A stretch of DNA of 61,838 nt, counting the filler. It is 7 parts of 7 records of this genome, joined end to end, with 100 filler letters (N's around TTAATTAATTAA, not from the genome) between each part and the next. Parts side by side here need not be neighbours in the genome. Positions count along the whole stretch, not along the records: positions 16,388 to 26,541 come from SRR31147125_3730; positions 26,642 to 34,594 come from SRR31147125_3785; 5 more parts are not named here. The stretch is one strand, 5' to 3'. Of the stretch, positions 20,164-30,344 are shown piece by piece. A program made the position numbers and the translations under genes. Within the stretch, counting starts at the first letter, position 1. Every line of letters begins with the position of its first letter. The notes beneath the pieces were generated by a model, which saw only the letters and a list, made by a program, of their open reading frames with translations, was not told the origin of the DNA and searched no databases.

Positions 20164-20691
20164 ATGAAAAAAGGTTATATACAAGTATATACAGGCAATG
20201 GAAAGGGTAAAACAACCTCCGCATTAGGTCTAGCTATACGTGCTGCCGGAGCTGGCATGAATGTAGTAATTGCACAGTTTTTAAAGGCTATGGATACCAG
20301 CGAATTGAAAATATTGAAAAATATCAATAACATAAAGATTATAAGATATGCAAAGTGTAAAAAATTCGTATGGGATATGACTGATGATGAAAAAGAAGAA
20401 CTTAAATTCCAAATGAAGAAATTGCTTACAGATACAGTCAAAATATCAATAGAAGAAAAAAGCGATATAGTTATTTTTGATGAACTGCTAGGCGCATTGC
20501 ACGGCGATTTTATAACTAAGAATGAAATTATTAATTTACTGGATAATAAGCCTGAAAATTGCGAATATGTAATAACAGGCAGAGCAGCACCAAACTGGCT
20601 TATTAAGCGAGCTGATCTCGTAAGCTCCATTGAGCCGGTGAAGCACTATATGGATGCAGGAGTAATGGCAAGGAAAGGTATTGAATTTTGA
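20164..20691 (+). CDS. cobO: Cob(I)yrinic acid a,c-diamide adenosyltransferase (CobO/BtuR family)
   Basis: QVYTGNGKGKTTSALG, QFLK, DE, VITGR, KH, ARKGIEF. Confidence 0.9.
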   Translation: MKKGYIQVYTGNGKGKTTSALGLAIRAAGAGMNVVIAQFLKAMDTSELKILKNINNIKIIRYAKCKKFVWDMTDDEKEELKFQMKKLLTDTVKISIEEKSDIVIFDELLGALHGDFITKNEIINLLDNKPENCEYVITGRAAPNWLIKRADLVSSIEPVKHYMDAGVMARKGIEF

Positions 20692-21497
20692 GCAAAATTG
20701 CAAATAATGATGATTTAAGTATTGAATCTTTTGAAAGATATAAAAAAGGCGACTGGAATGTACAAATAGTTAAAAGCTGTACATCGACTTTAGATGTTGC
20801 AAAGGATAAGATAAAAGAAAAACCATCAAATGGTACTTTAATAGTGGCTGAAATACAAACAGGTGGCAGAGGCAGAAAAGCAAGAAAGTGGCTGGCTCCA
20901 AAGGGCGGAATATGGATGAGTATTATACTAAAACCAAACCTTGATTTATCATTATTATCATCTGTCACTTTGCTTTGTGCTGTTGCTGTAGCTAAGTCGA
21001 TTGAGGAAATTTTTCCCCATATAAAGCCGCAGATAAAATGGCCAAATGATATTCATATTAACTCTAAAAAAATTAGTGGAATGCTAACAGAGACTATAGT
21101 GCGAAAGGGTAAAGCTGAATATGCAATAGCTGGAATAGGAATAAATGCAAACAATACTATAGAACATTTCGATGAAGAAGTAAGGAATATATCTACATCA
21201 TTTAATGACTTAGGTATATTTGTAAATAGAGCTCAATTGGCATCCTATGTTAATGATAAATTACAAGAGCTATTATCAATTTACGAAAAAGAAAAGAGCT
21301 TAGATTTTATACTAGATTATTATCATAAACACATGCAATGGATAAACAAAGAAGCGGTTATGAAAAATACCATAACCAATCAAATTGAACGTAAGGGCAT
21401 AATACTTGGAATTGATAGCAAAGGGCAATTGCTAATGGAAATAGATGGAGGAATTAAGACAATTATATCTGGCGAACTAAGCCTAAGGAGAGAATAA
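20688..21497 (+). CDS. birA: Biotin--[acetyl-CoA carboxylase] ligase (no N-terminal HTH)
   Basis: Q.GGRGR..RKW, IKWPND, KKISGMLTE, GIGIN. Confidence 0.92.
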   Translation: MSKIANNDDLSIESFERYKKGDWNVQIVKSCTSTLDVAKDKIKEKPSNGTLIVAEIQTGGRGRKARKWLAPKGGIWMSIILKPNLDLSLLSSVTLLCAVAVAKSIEEIFPHIKPQIKWPNDIHINSKKISGMLTETIVRKGKAEYAIAGIGINANNTIEHFDEEVRNISTSFNDLGIFVNRAQLASYVNDKLQELLSIYEKEKSLDFILDYYHKHMQWINKEAVMKNTITNQIERKGIILGIDSKGQLLMEIDGGIKTIISGELSLRRE

Positions 21498-22417
21498 TGA
21501 TATATTCAGGAAGCATTACAGATGTTAAAGGCATTGAAGTAGGACACTACACAGATAATAAAAGTTTAACTGGCTGTACAGTAATAATGTGTAAAGATGG
21601 AGCGGTGTGCGGCGTTGATGTAAGAGGATCTGCCCCTGGTACAAGAGAAACGGACTTATTAAAGTCTGAAAACCTTGTTGATAAAGTTCATGCAATTGTC
21701 TTATCTGGCGGCTCTGCATTTGGTCTGGACAGTGCAGGCGGCGTAATGGAATATTTAAAAGAAAGTAACATTGGCTTAGATACTGGTTTTGCAAAAGTAC
21801 CTATAGTCCCAGCTGCTGTATTATTTGATTTAGGCATTGGCAGCAATGACGTGTATCCAACTAAGGAAAATGGATATACAGCCTGCAAAAACTTATCTAA
21901 TGAAAGTGTATCACAAGGCAAAGTAGGGGCGGGAACAGGTGCGACTGTTGGCAAAGCTTTAGGTGGTGAATTCGCCCAAAGAGGCGGCATAGGCACTTGC
22001 AGTATTAAATTGGATAACGGTGTAGTTATTGGTGCAATCACGGCTGTAAACGCACTAGGGGATATCGTGAACAGCAAAGGAGACATAATAGCAGGAGCTT
22101 ATAAAGATGGGTTTTTAAATATTGTGAAAAGCTCATTAGGTAATAAAGAAATGCATGGCATAAAGGGTGCAAACACAACCATTGGAGTGCTTGCAACTAA
22201 TGCTAAACTTACAAAGGTGCAGGCAAATAAACTGGCATCAATTTGCCATGACGGCTTAGCAATATCAATCCGTCCAAGCCACACTATGTTTGATGGTGAT
22301 ACATACTTTGCAATGAGCACAGGTGAAATTGAGATGGACTTTACCAGGCTTTGCACTTTGGCAGCAGGCTGTGTATCCAAATCAATTGAGAATGCAGTGA
22401 GGGCTGACAATGATTAA
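21497..22417 (+). CDS. P1/S58 (DmpA-like) peptidase
   Basis: ITDV.GI.VGH, TGCTV, VRGSAPGTRETDLL, LSGGSAFGL, GAGTGA, NTTIG, RPSHT.FDGD. Confidence 0.9.
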   Translation: MIYSGSITDVKGIEVGHYTDNKSLTGCTVIMCKDGAVCGVDVRGSAPGTRETDLLKSENLVDKVHAIVLSGGSAFGLDSAGGVMEYLKESNIGLDTGFAKVPIVPAAVLFDLGIGSNDVYPTKENGYTACKNLSNESVSQGKVGAGTGATVGKALGGEFAQRGGIGTCSIKLDNGVVIGAITAVNALGDIVNSKGDIIAGAYKDGFLNIVKSSLGNKEMHGIKGANTTIGVLATNAKLTKVQANKLASICHDGLAISIRPSHTMFDGDTYFAMSTGEIEMDFTRLCTLAAGCVSKSIENAVRADND

Positions 22418-22778
22418 GGGAATCGGTGTAGATATTGTTGAGATAAAAAGAATTAAAAAGCTTATGGAGAATCAACACGCTATAGATAGGCTATTAACTC
22501 AAGAAGAAGCCGACCTAATGGCAGGCAGACCAAAGCCTCACGAGTTTTTTGCGGGCAGATTTGCAGCGAAGGAAGCTGTGTCCAAGGCCTTTGGAGTTGG
22601 TATATCAAAGTGTCCGCCTAATGAAGTAGAGGTACTAAACGATGAGCTAGGTGCGCCATATGTAACGCTTTATAATAATGTTAAGTCATTACAGATTAAA
22701 ATGAAAGTCAATAAAATTTTTATAAGCATAACTCATGAAAATGAATATGCTGTGGCCATGGTTGTGCTGGAGGACTAA
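22410..22778 (+). CDS. acpS: Holo-[acyl-carrier-protein] synthase
   Basis: GIGVDIVEI.RI, AGRFAAKEA.SKA, G.P, SITH. Confidence 0.93.
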   Translation: MIKGIGVDIVEIKRIKKLMENQHAIDRLLTQEEADLMAGRPKPHEFFAGRFAAKEAVSKAFGVGISKCPPNEVEVLNDELGAPYVTLYNNVKSLQIKMKVNKIFISITHENEYAVAMVVLED

Positions 22779-22785
22779 ATAGTAT

Positions 22786-24038
22786 ATGAGAAAATATATG
22801 AATAAAAAGGTAGTATTAATTTCGTTGGATGCACTTTCCGATACGGAGTTTGAAAGGCTTAAAAAGCTAGATAATTTTAGTAAGTTTATAAAAAAAGGAG
22901 CATACTCAAAAAGCTCAATAAGCGTATACCCAACACAAACGTATACGATTCATACATCAGTGATTACTGGTAATTATCCTAATAAGCACGGTATTTATAA
23001 TAACCAATTTTTTCAGCCCTTTGTTAAAGGCAAAGACAAGGAATGGTTTTGGTATAGGCATCAAATTAAAACTAACACACTATATGATGTATTAAGAGAA
23101 AACAAAAGGAAAGTTTGCTCTATATTGTGGCCTGTTACAGGAAAGGCAAAAATCAAGTATAATATACCTGAAATTCTAGCATTGAAAAATGAAAATCAAG
23201 CTTTCAAAGTGTTAAAAAACGGAAGCCTATTATTTACCGCAAAGTGCGAGCTAAAATACGGCAAACATAGAAAAGGAATATCTCAGCCAGAATTAGATGA
23301 ATTTGCTGTAATGTGTGCAGCAGACAGTATAAAAAATTATTCACCCGATTTAGTAATGATACATTTAGTTACTGTAGATGTAGTAAAGCATAACTTTGGC
23401 GTAGAGAGCCAGATGGTAGATAAAGCATTACATGCAATAGATAAGATGATTGGGGATATAATGAAAGCCTGTATGGATGAATACACCATCGTTATGTTTT
23501 CAGATATGGACAATTTACAGTGGAAAAAGATGTATATATTAATGTGCTTTTAGAGCAAAACGGATTGCTTAGTTTCAAAAATGAGACCTTTGATGCATAT
23601 GTACAATGTATGGATGGCAGTGGAATAATCAGAGCAAAGGATAATGAATCATTGCGTAAAGTATTGCAATTGATTAAAGAAAATAAAGATAAGCTAGGTA
23701 TAGAGGATATATACGATAGAGAAGTCCTTGATAAAATGAATATAGATAATAAGATTGAATATATTATTGAAGCTAAAAAAGGATATCATCTAAAAGAAGG
23801 ATATAATAACAAAATAATAAAAGATTTAAAGAAAGAAAATATTGTGCATGCAACACACGGGTATAGTCCTTTTAAGGAAAACTATAGATGTTTGTTTTTT
23901 GCCATGGGTGAGGGGATAAAACAAAGCTATTGTATTGACAAAATGAAGGTTATAGATATTGCACCTACAGTTGCAAAGATTATGGGCATAGATAATTTTG
24001 AATGTGATGGTAAAATATTAGAAGAGATATTTAAATAG
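22786..24038 (+). CDS. Alkaline phosphatase superfamily nucleotide pyrophosphatase/phosphodiesterase; frameshift ~23505
   Basis: ISLDA, PTQTY..H..VITG.YP.KHGI, D..KH; SD(H)G is restored by adding one base; ATHGY, IDIAPT. Confidence 0.85.
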
Positions 24039-24057
24039 ATTGCTGAAAGGAAGATAT

Positions 24058-24747
24058 ATGATTGGAATAATAGGAGCAATGCAAATTGAGATAGATAATT
24101 TGCTGCCTAACATTGAAAACAGAACAACAGAAACCATTAGCGGCATTGAATATAATAAAGGCGTATTGTATGGCAAGGAAGTAGTTATTGCAAAATGCGG
24201 CATAGGCAAAGTTTTTGCAGCATTATGCTCACAAACTATGATACTTAATTTTAGTCCTGATATAATAATTAACACTGGAGTATCGGCAGGCATTAAAAGT
24301 CAAACTAATATCGGTGATGTAGTTATTGGTAAAAATGTAGTACAGCACGATATGGACACATCAGCAATAGGCGATCCGCTAGGGATGATATCAGGAATTA
24401 ATTTAGTTCACATTCCATGCAGTGAAAACATTGTAAATAATCTGGATAATGTACTTGGAGAAATGGAAGTTAATCATAAAGTTGGTACTATAGCAACAGG
24501 GGATCAATTTATATCTGACACCAAAGTAACGAATAGAATAAATAAGGATTTTGACGCAATAGCATTTGACATGGAAAGTGCAGCTATAGGTCACGTATGC
24601 TATGTTAATGATATTGATTATGGAATAATCAGGTCAATATCTGATAACGGAAGCGAAGAAGCAGGCGAGGACTTTATGCAGTTTGCAGAAAAAGCAGCAA
24701 AAGTAAGTGCCGGTGTTGTTAAGGGGTTACTAAAAAGCATAAAATAA
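24058..24747 (+). CDS. mtnN: 5'-methylthioadenosine/S-adenosylhomocysteine nucleosidase
   Basis: IGIIGAM..E, CGIGKV.AA, INTG, QHD.D, TGDQFI, DMESAA, RSISD. Confidence 0.93.
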   Translation: MIGIIGAMQIEIDNLLPNIENRTTETISGIEYNKGVLYGKEVVIAKCGIGKVFAALCSQTMILNFSPDIIINTGVSAGIKSQTNIGDVVIGKNVVQHDMDTSAIGDPLGMISGINLVHIPCSENIVNNLDNVLGEMEVNHKVGTIATGDQFISDTKVTNRINKDFDAIAFDMESAAIGHVCYVNDIDYGIIRSISDNGSEEAGEDFMQFAEKAAKVSAGVVKGLLKSIK

Positions 24748-24759
24748 TGGTAAATAAAT

Positions 24760-25332
24760 TTACTTTATTATTATGTCTAGAGGCTTAAGCAAGTTCATAA
24801 CTTCTGGTATAGAGAAAATGGCTTTTTCTATTTTATTGGTATTAGGGTTTATTTCATATCCTACTGCATCAGAAAAATCAGCTTTCCTTAAATCTGTGTT
24901 ATCAAAAATGGCATCTGAAAAAGTAGATTCAGAAAAGTTAGCAGATGTCAAAATAGTATCAATAAAATCACAATTGTCTATTTTGCAGGAAGTAAACTTT
25001 GTATCGTTAAGCTTTAGATTACTAAAAGAGCAATATGAAAGTATACATTCATTAAAATTAATCTTTAGTAAAAATGGATTTATTACTGCATAATTAACGC
25101 CTGAGATTTTGCATGAGATAAAGTCTACATTGTTAAATCTTGTATTAGTAATGCTTGATAAAGAAATACTGCAATTTTCAAAAATACAGTCAGAGAAAAA
25201 TGCCCTTTCAAAGGATACTTTATTGAAGTCGCAATTTTTAAATGTACATACTTCAAATATGTTTTCTTGGAAATTAAAACTTTCAGATAGCTCTTGGAAA
25301 GTTTCATCATAGTATTCTTGTATATTATTCAT
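24760..25332 (-). CDS. Pentapeptide repeat protein
   Basis: Continuous (F/L)xx(C/A/T)x five-residue periodicity. Confidence 0.88.
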   Translation of the reverse strand: MNNIQEYYDETFQELSESFNFQENIFEVCTFKNCDFNKVSFERAFFSDCIFENCSISLSSITNTRFNNVDFISCKISGVNYAVINPFLLKINFNECILSYCSFSNLKLNDTKFTSCKIDNCDFIDTILTSANFSESTFSDAIFDNTDLRKADFSDAVGYEINPNTNKIEKAIFSIPEVMNLLKPLDIIIK

Positions 25333-25418
25333 AAAATCACCTTTTCTAACTATAGCAAGAATATATAAAAAGTTCAATAAAATAATTTGATTCACATAAA
25401 TTAGTTAAGGATAAAACC

Positions 25419-25898
25419 ATGTATTATACAAAATATAAAAGTAAAATCGCTCCTATAATATTAGTTGGAGATGAAGAAGGGCTAGCCTTTTTGCATTTTG
25501 ATATTGATGATGCAAAGGTTAAGCTGGAAATAAAATCCGATTGGGAATACAATGACGAGTTCTTTGCAGATATAAAAAAACAGCTGGATGAATATTTCCT
25601 AGGGAATAGAAAAGACTTTTCCATTAAATTAAATCCTGTAGGAACTCAATATCAAAAAAGTGTATGGCAACAACTTAAGGAAATACCATATGGTCAAACA
25701 TGTACTTACAAGGACATTGCAGTTAGATTAGGCAATGCAAAAGCATCTCGAGCAGTAGGCAATGCTAATGGGAAGAATCCAATACCTTTGATTATACCAT
25801 GTCATAGGGTGGTAGGAGTTAATAATAAATTAACTGGTTTTGCATATGGACTAGATTTGAAGGGAAAACTTATTGAGCTTGAGAAGTGTAATATCTAA
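25419..25898 (+). CDS. ogt: Methylated-DNA--protein-cysteine methyltransferase
   Basis: IPYG...YK, SRAVGNA, NPIP.IIPCHRV active site. Confidence 0.93.
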   Translation: MYYTKYKSKIAPIILVGDEEGLAFLHFDIDDAKVKLEIKSDWEYNDEFFADIKKQLDEYFLGNRKDFSIKLNPVGTQYQKSVWQQLKEIPYGQTCTYKDIAVRLGNAKASRAVGNANGKNPIPLIIPCHRVVGVNNKLTGFAYGLDLKGKLIELEKCNI

Positions 25899-25901
25899 AT
25901 A

Positions 25902-26541
25902 TCAATTAATATTAGATTGATAAATGTAGTTTGGGCTGTTTAGTCTCCTTCTAAATGTGTTAATTGGCATTTTTATTTCAACAGAATCAGCAATTACATT
26001 TAAAACCACTAAAAAGACAGATATGAGCACAAAGAAAAGAATTTCAACTATGCCGTTAAGCCTCATTATAAACAATAAAGAGGATGGTATAGCAATAGTA
26101 ATTAGTAATAGAATAAATGCTAGATTGCCTAAGCGTCTGTTTCTAAGTTTCATGTATCGAATAAACATCATTATAGAAGCGGTTAAAAGTATAGGAAATA
26201 ACACAGAAAAAACTACATGTAAATTATTAATAAATTGGGTGGTTTTATTAGATGGAGTTATAACTGTGAGAAACAATAATATACCTGATATTATTGAACA
26301 TATCTTAGCTTTTTTGTTTTTATAGTCAAGCTTTTCAAATATGTATAATTCATATATAACTATGAATATTCCAGTTACAGCGCCCCATACTATAAATGCT
26401 GTATTATACTCTGGCATACTGCCGATGCTTGAAAGAGTGTGTTCATAAGGAGATTTTTTTGTGCCTAATATTAATGTAAACACAGGCACAGATAAAATTA
26501 TTAGAAAAGCAAACAAGTCATTTTTATATACCACTTCTGTG
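25902..26541 (-). CDS. Multi-pass membrane protein (DUF998-like); 5' end probably at or beyond the contig edge
   Basis: About six hydrophobic helices; 'TLSSIG' and 'LHV' motifs. Confidence 0.55.
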
Positions 26542-26641
26542 NNNNNNNNNNNNNNNNNNNNNNNNNNNNNNNNNNNNNNNNNNNNTTAATTAATTAANNN
26601 NNNNNNNNNNNNNNNNNNNNNNNNNNNNNNNNNNNNNNNNN
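26542..26641. other. Artificial contig spacer
   Basis: N run with TTAATTAATTAA. Confidence 0.98.
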
Positions 26642-27085
26642 AAAAAGTTTTTGTAGCCCTGGAAATATCCACGGTTTATGCTCATTAAAAAATAAATGGG
26701 AACTCCAACTGCAAAAATTACAAACATGTTAGATGAACTGGTATGAAAAAGCTCCTGTAATTTTCCAGAAAAAACAATAATTATAACCGATAGTGAAATG
26801 CTGATTATTAATGCAGCCTTTTTCATGGTATTCAAAAAAATTGCTTCTTTTTTTCCGGTAAAGTCGGAAATAAATTTTGTTACAGTAAGCTGGAAGGTCA
26901 TTGCCAAAAAAGAAAGTACCAGTAAAAAGGTAATTAAAATGGCGGCGTCGGAGAATTGTTCAGAGTTTTAAAATTCGTCCCATTAATAAATTGTATAAAT
27001 AGTTTCCGCCGTTAACAATCATCACACTTAACATGAAGATTTGTTCTGGCGAAATGCTTCTGATTTTTGTTTTTGTAAGTATCAT
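26642..27085 (-). CDS. Polysaccharide flippase/MATE-like membrane protein, N-terminal part; frameshift ~26965, truncated by gap
   Basis: Minus strand MILTKTKIRSISPEQIFMLSVMIVNGGNYLYNLLMGRIL, then (shift) EQFSDAAILITFLLVLSFLAMTFQ...RGYFQG, typical of Wzx-type N-termini. Confidence 0.7.
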
Positions 27086-27153
27086 TTTTATTTCATTTTT
27101 AATTGATTTACGCCGCAAAGATTATATGAATAGCAATGAGAGGTCGATAGATT

Positions 27154-27182
27154 TCGACGAGTGGCAATAAAGTGTAGATGAA
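27154..27182. promoter_or_regulatory. Putative LytTR-type direct-repeat operator (copy A)
   Basis: TCGACGAGTGG-caataaagtg-TAGATGAA, 21-bp phase; similar to 33786-33817. Confidence 0.5.
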
Positions 27183-27232
27183 ATTTGGAGCTTCTGTATT
27201 TAACTTGCAACCATCAATTTAAATGAAAAGAA

Positions 27233-29293
27233 ATGAAATTAATTTATGTAATAATAGTAGCACTTTTTGCCTTTCAATTTGGTTTTGCCCAAGACATGCA
27301 AAAAGGGTTTACAGATTTGGAAAATGGAAACTTTAAAGAAGCTGAGCTTTTTTTTGAAAATATATTAAAGGAATATCCTGAAAATAAAACTGCCAACATT
27401 TGTTATGGTCGTGCGGTTGGATTAAATGGAAATCCCGAAAAAGCTATTGTTCTTTTTTCTGAAATGTTGAATGAGTATCCCGGAGATTTGGAAATAGAAT
27501 TAAATTTCTCTGAATCGTTATTATGGGGCAAGAAATATGAATCGGCTAAAGAAAATTATTCAAAACTTGTACAGCAAAATCCCGATAATTTTTCTGCACT
27601 ACTTGGTTTTTCCAATACATTTTCAAATTTGAAAGCGTATGAAGATGCCATGTTATATATTAACAGGGCACTGGAAATTCAACCTGGAAATGCAAATGCA
27701 ATGACTTCAAAAAAATATATCAGACTTGGCCATTCTTATTTAAAACAGCAAAATCAAAACTATGGCGAAGCCGTAAACTTGCTTCAGGAAAATCTTGTTG
27801 ATTTTCCTGGCGATAAAGAAACATTGTTAAATCTTGCCAATCTTTATCTTATTACCAAGGAAACCGATAAAGCTACTGCTGTATATAAACAAATGGCAGT
27901 AAGTTATAACGATAGCATAGAAGCTTTAAATGGAATGGCTTTGGCGGCTCATATTGCCGAAAAAGATAAAATAGCTCTTAAATTGGTTGTTCAGGCAATG
28001 GAGAAAATTAAAGTGGTTAAAGATTCATTGCTTATTCAGAAAACAACTGAAAGGTACATTCAGGCACTTATATGGAACCGTAATTTTGGTTTAGCCAAAA
28101 CAAAAACAGATGAGGTTTTGAATAACTATGGCGAAAAAAACTGGGTGTTGGCTTTAAGAGCAACACTGGGAATGTATACCAGTAATATCAAACAAAGTAT
28201 TTCTGATTATGAAAAAATACTGGAAAAAGATTCGGCATCGTTCGATGGGAATCTAGGAATTTCCAATGCTTTTTATGCCAATGGTGAAATTAAAAAATCG
28301 TACCAGGCGGTTGAGAAAACGCTTGAGGTTTTTGAGAATCAGAAAGATGCGGTAGGATTTCTAAAAAAACTCGATAATTCTTTTACTCCTTTTGTTGAAG
28401 AAAATATTAGCTATTCATTCGATAATGGAAAAAATATTGCTTACACATCGAGAACAACAGTTGTTTTTCCGATAAGTACACAACTTCGGTTTATGACGGC
28501 ATATCAGTTAAGGATTGCCGAAAATTCAACTACCATTAAAAAAGCTACAACAAATGATTTTGAATTTGGATTACAATATCATTTTCATCCAAAAGTAAAA
28601 TTAAATGCCGATGCAGGTGTTTCTTCTGCAAATTCGTTTAGCAACAATTACAATCAGTTTATTGCAAACCTTTCGTTTAAAATTCAACCATTCCGATTGC
28701 AGGATTTAGAGCTTGGATATAAAAAAGAGATGCAAAATTATAATGCCGATTTAATTGACAGTGAAATTGAAACCAACCATTTTTATTTGAATTACAACTT
28801 AAGTACAAATTTTAAACTGGGTTGGTTTACGCAACTTTATTATACCAGCCAGTCGGATGGGAATGCAAGAAACTTGTTATTTACTTCGTTGTATTATAAT
28901 TTTCTTACAAAGCCTATTTTGAAGGGAGGATTTAATTATCAGAATATTGGTTTTAAAAATCAGGTTCCGGAAACTTATTTTAGTCCCGGAAAATTTAATG
29001 CGGTAGAAATATTTGTCGATTTTATGAAAGACATTAATATTTCGGGAGAAAAAGGATGGTTTTATGGGGTTTCCGCAGCTACCGGATTTCAATTTATTGA
29101 GGAATTGCCAAAACAATCGACTTACCGCATTCATGCAAAACTGGGTTATAAATCGTCGGAAAGGTTAATTGCAAATTTATACGGAAAACAAAGTAATATT
29201 GCTTCGGCAACTGCTTCTGGTTATACATCAACCGAATTCGGATTCAATTTAAAATGGATGATTACCGACAAACCGGTTTTTCAGAAGAAATAA
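27233..29293 (+). CDS. Signal-peptide TPR protein with probable C-terminal beta-barrel
   Basis: N-terminal signal peptide, helical TPR repeats, C-terminal alternating aromatic strands with 'YFSP'. Confidence 0.78.
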   Translation: MKLIYVIIVALFAFQFGFAQDMQKGFTDLENGNFKEAELFFENILKEYPENKTANICYGRAVGLNGNPEKAIVLFSEMLNEYPGDLEIELNFSESLLWGKKYESAKENYSKLVQQNPDNFSALLGFSNTFSNLKAYEDAMLYINRALEIQPGNANAMTSKKYIRLGHSYLKQQNQNYGEAVNLLQENLVDFPGDKETLLNLANLYLITKETDKATAVYKQMAVSYNDSIEALNGMALAAHIAEKDKIALKLVVQAMEKIKVVKDSLLIQKTTERYIQALIWNRNFGLAKTKTDEVLNNYGEKNWVLALRATLGMYTSNIKQSISDYEKILEKDSASFDGNLGISNAFYANGEIKKSYQAVEKTLEVFENQKDAVGFLKKLDNSFTPFVEENISYSFDNGKNIAYTSRTTVVFPISTQLRFMTAYQLRIAENSTTIKKATTNDFEFGLQYHFHPKVKLNADAGVSSANSFSNNYNQFIANLSFKIQPFRLQDLELGYKKEMQNYNADLIDSEIETNHFYLNYNLSTNFKLGWFTQLYYTSQSDGNARNLLFTSLYYNFLTKPILKGGFNYQNIGFKNQVPETYFSPGKFNAVEIFVDFMKDINISGEKGWFYGVSAATGFQFIEELPKQSTYRIHAKLGYKSSERLIANLYGKQSNIASATASGYTSTEFGFNLKWMITDKPVFQKK

Positions 29294-29315
29294 ATATTTA
29301 AGATATTTTGAATGT

Positions 29316-30011
29316 TTAAAGCAGGTTCAGACGTTTCATTAGTTCGGGTCGGTTTGCGCGACTTACCGGAATTACGTTTTTATCGATTAAAACGCTGTTG
29401 TCTTCAATATCAATAATTTTTGAAGTGTTTATAATAAATGAACGATGAACTTTTAGAAATATATCTTTTGGAAGTTTTTCCTCAATTTTTTTTAAAGTAG
29501 AATGAACAGTGTAGTTTTTATTTTCGGTACAAATTAAAATATAATCGCCCCGGGCTTCAATAAATTTAATAATTGGGAAACTAATTTTTATAAGACGCCT
29601 ATCAATATTTACATATAAATCGGTTCCGGAGTCGGTGGAAGTTTCGATTTTTGGATTTACATTAAAAAGCAGGGCTTTATTTACTGCCTTATCAAACCTT
29701 TCCTGTGTAATTGGTTTGGTTAGATAGTCTACAATGCAGTCGTATTCAAAAGCTTCAATGGCGAAGTTTCTGTCTGAAGTTGTTAAAACTATTTTAGGTG
29801 GATTTTTTATGGTTTGAATAAAATCGAATCCGGTAAAATCGGGCATGTGAATATCCAGAAATATTAAATCTACCGGATTTTGATTTAAGTATTTTATAGC
29901 CTGAATTGCATTTGAAAATTGTGCTTCAAAAAAGAGATTTGAATTATTAGATGCTAATTGTTCAATAACAGCCCTTGCCGTTTCTTCATCATCAATAACG
30001 ATACAGTTCAT
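29316..30011 (-). CDS. LytTR-family response regulator
   Basis: IDDE, FLDIHMP, YLTKP; LytTR 'EARGDY', 'F.KVHRSFIIN', 'IPVSR'. Confidence 0.93.
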   Translation of the reverse strand: MNCIVIDDEETARAVIEQLASNNSNLFFEAQFSNAIQAIKYLNQNPVDLIFLDIHMPDFTGFDFIQTIKNPPKIVLTTSDRNFAIEAFEYDCIVDYLTKPITQERFDKAVNKALLFNVNPKIETSTDSGTDLYVNIDRRLIKISFPIIKFIEARGDYILICTENKNYTVHSTLKKIEEKLPKDIFLKVHRSFIINTSKIIDIEDNSVLIDKNVIPVSRANRPELMKRLNLL

Positions 30012-30022
30012 AAATTAAAATT

Positions 30023-30343
30023 TTAGTGCTTAGCAATAAAAGCTACCATCGCCTCTAATATTTCATTAAACTGTTTTTCTAATTCGGTTTTATTTAGTTT
30101 TAATTCTTCCTCGTAATCCACAGCGACCTGGTAACTTTTTTCAAGTCCTAATATACTAATTTTATGTTTAAGCTTATGTACATTCTCGGCAGTTCTCAGG
30201 AATGCTTTGTTTTTCAGATTTTGCCTGTATTCATCAATTTCCAGCGGTAATTCTTTTTTTACGATATCCATTAATTTTCTTTCAAAAGCATTGTCGCCAC
30301 CCGAAAGTTGGTGTATGTAATTTAAATTTGGTAGTTCTTCCAT
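30023..30343 (-). CDS. Stand-alone Hpt phosphotransfer protein
   Basis: 'NLNYI.QLSGGD..F', 'VHKLKH....LG'. Confidence 0.85.
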   Translation of the reverse strand: MEELPNLNYIHQLSGGDNAFERKLMDIVKKELPLEIDEYRQNLKNKAFLRTAENVHKLKHKISILGLEKSYQVAVDYEEELKLNKTELEKQFNEILEAMVAFIAKH

Positions 30344-30344
30344 A

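Noticed and set aside
24760-25332. Qnr quinolone-resistance gene
   Set aside because: Only generic pentapeptide periodicity is visible, in a chromosomal housekeeping context
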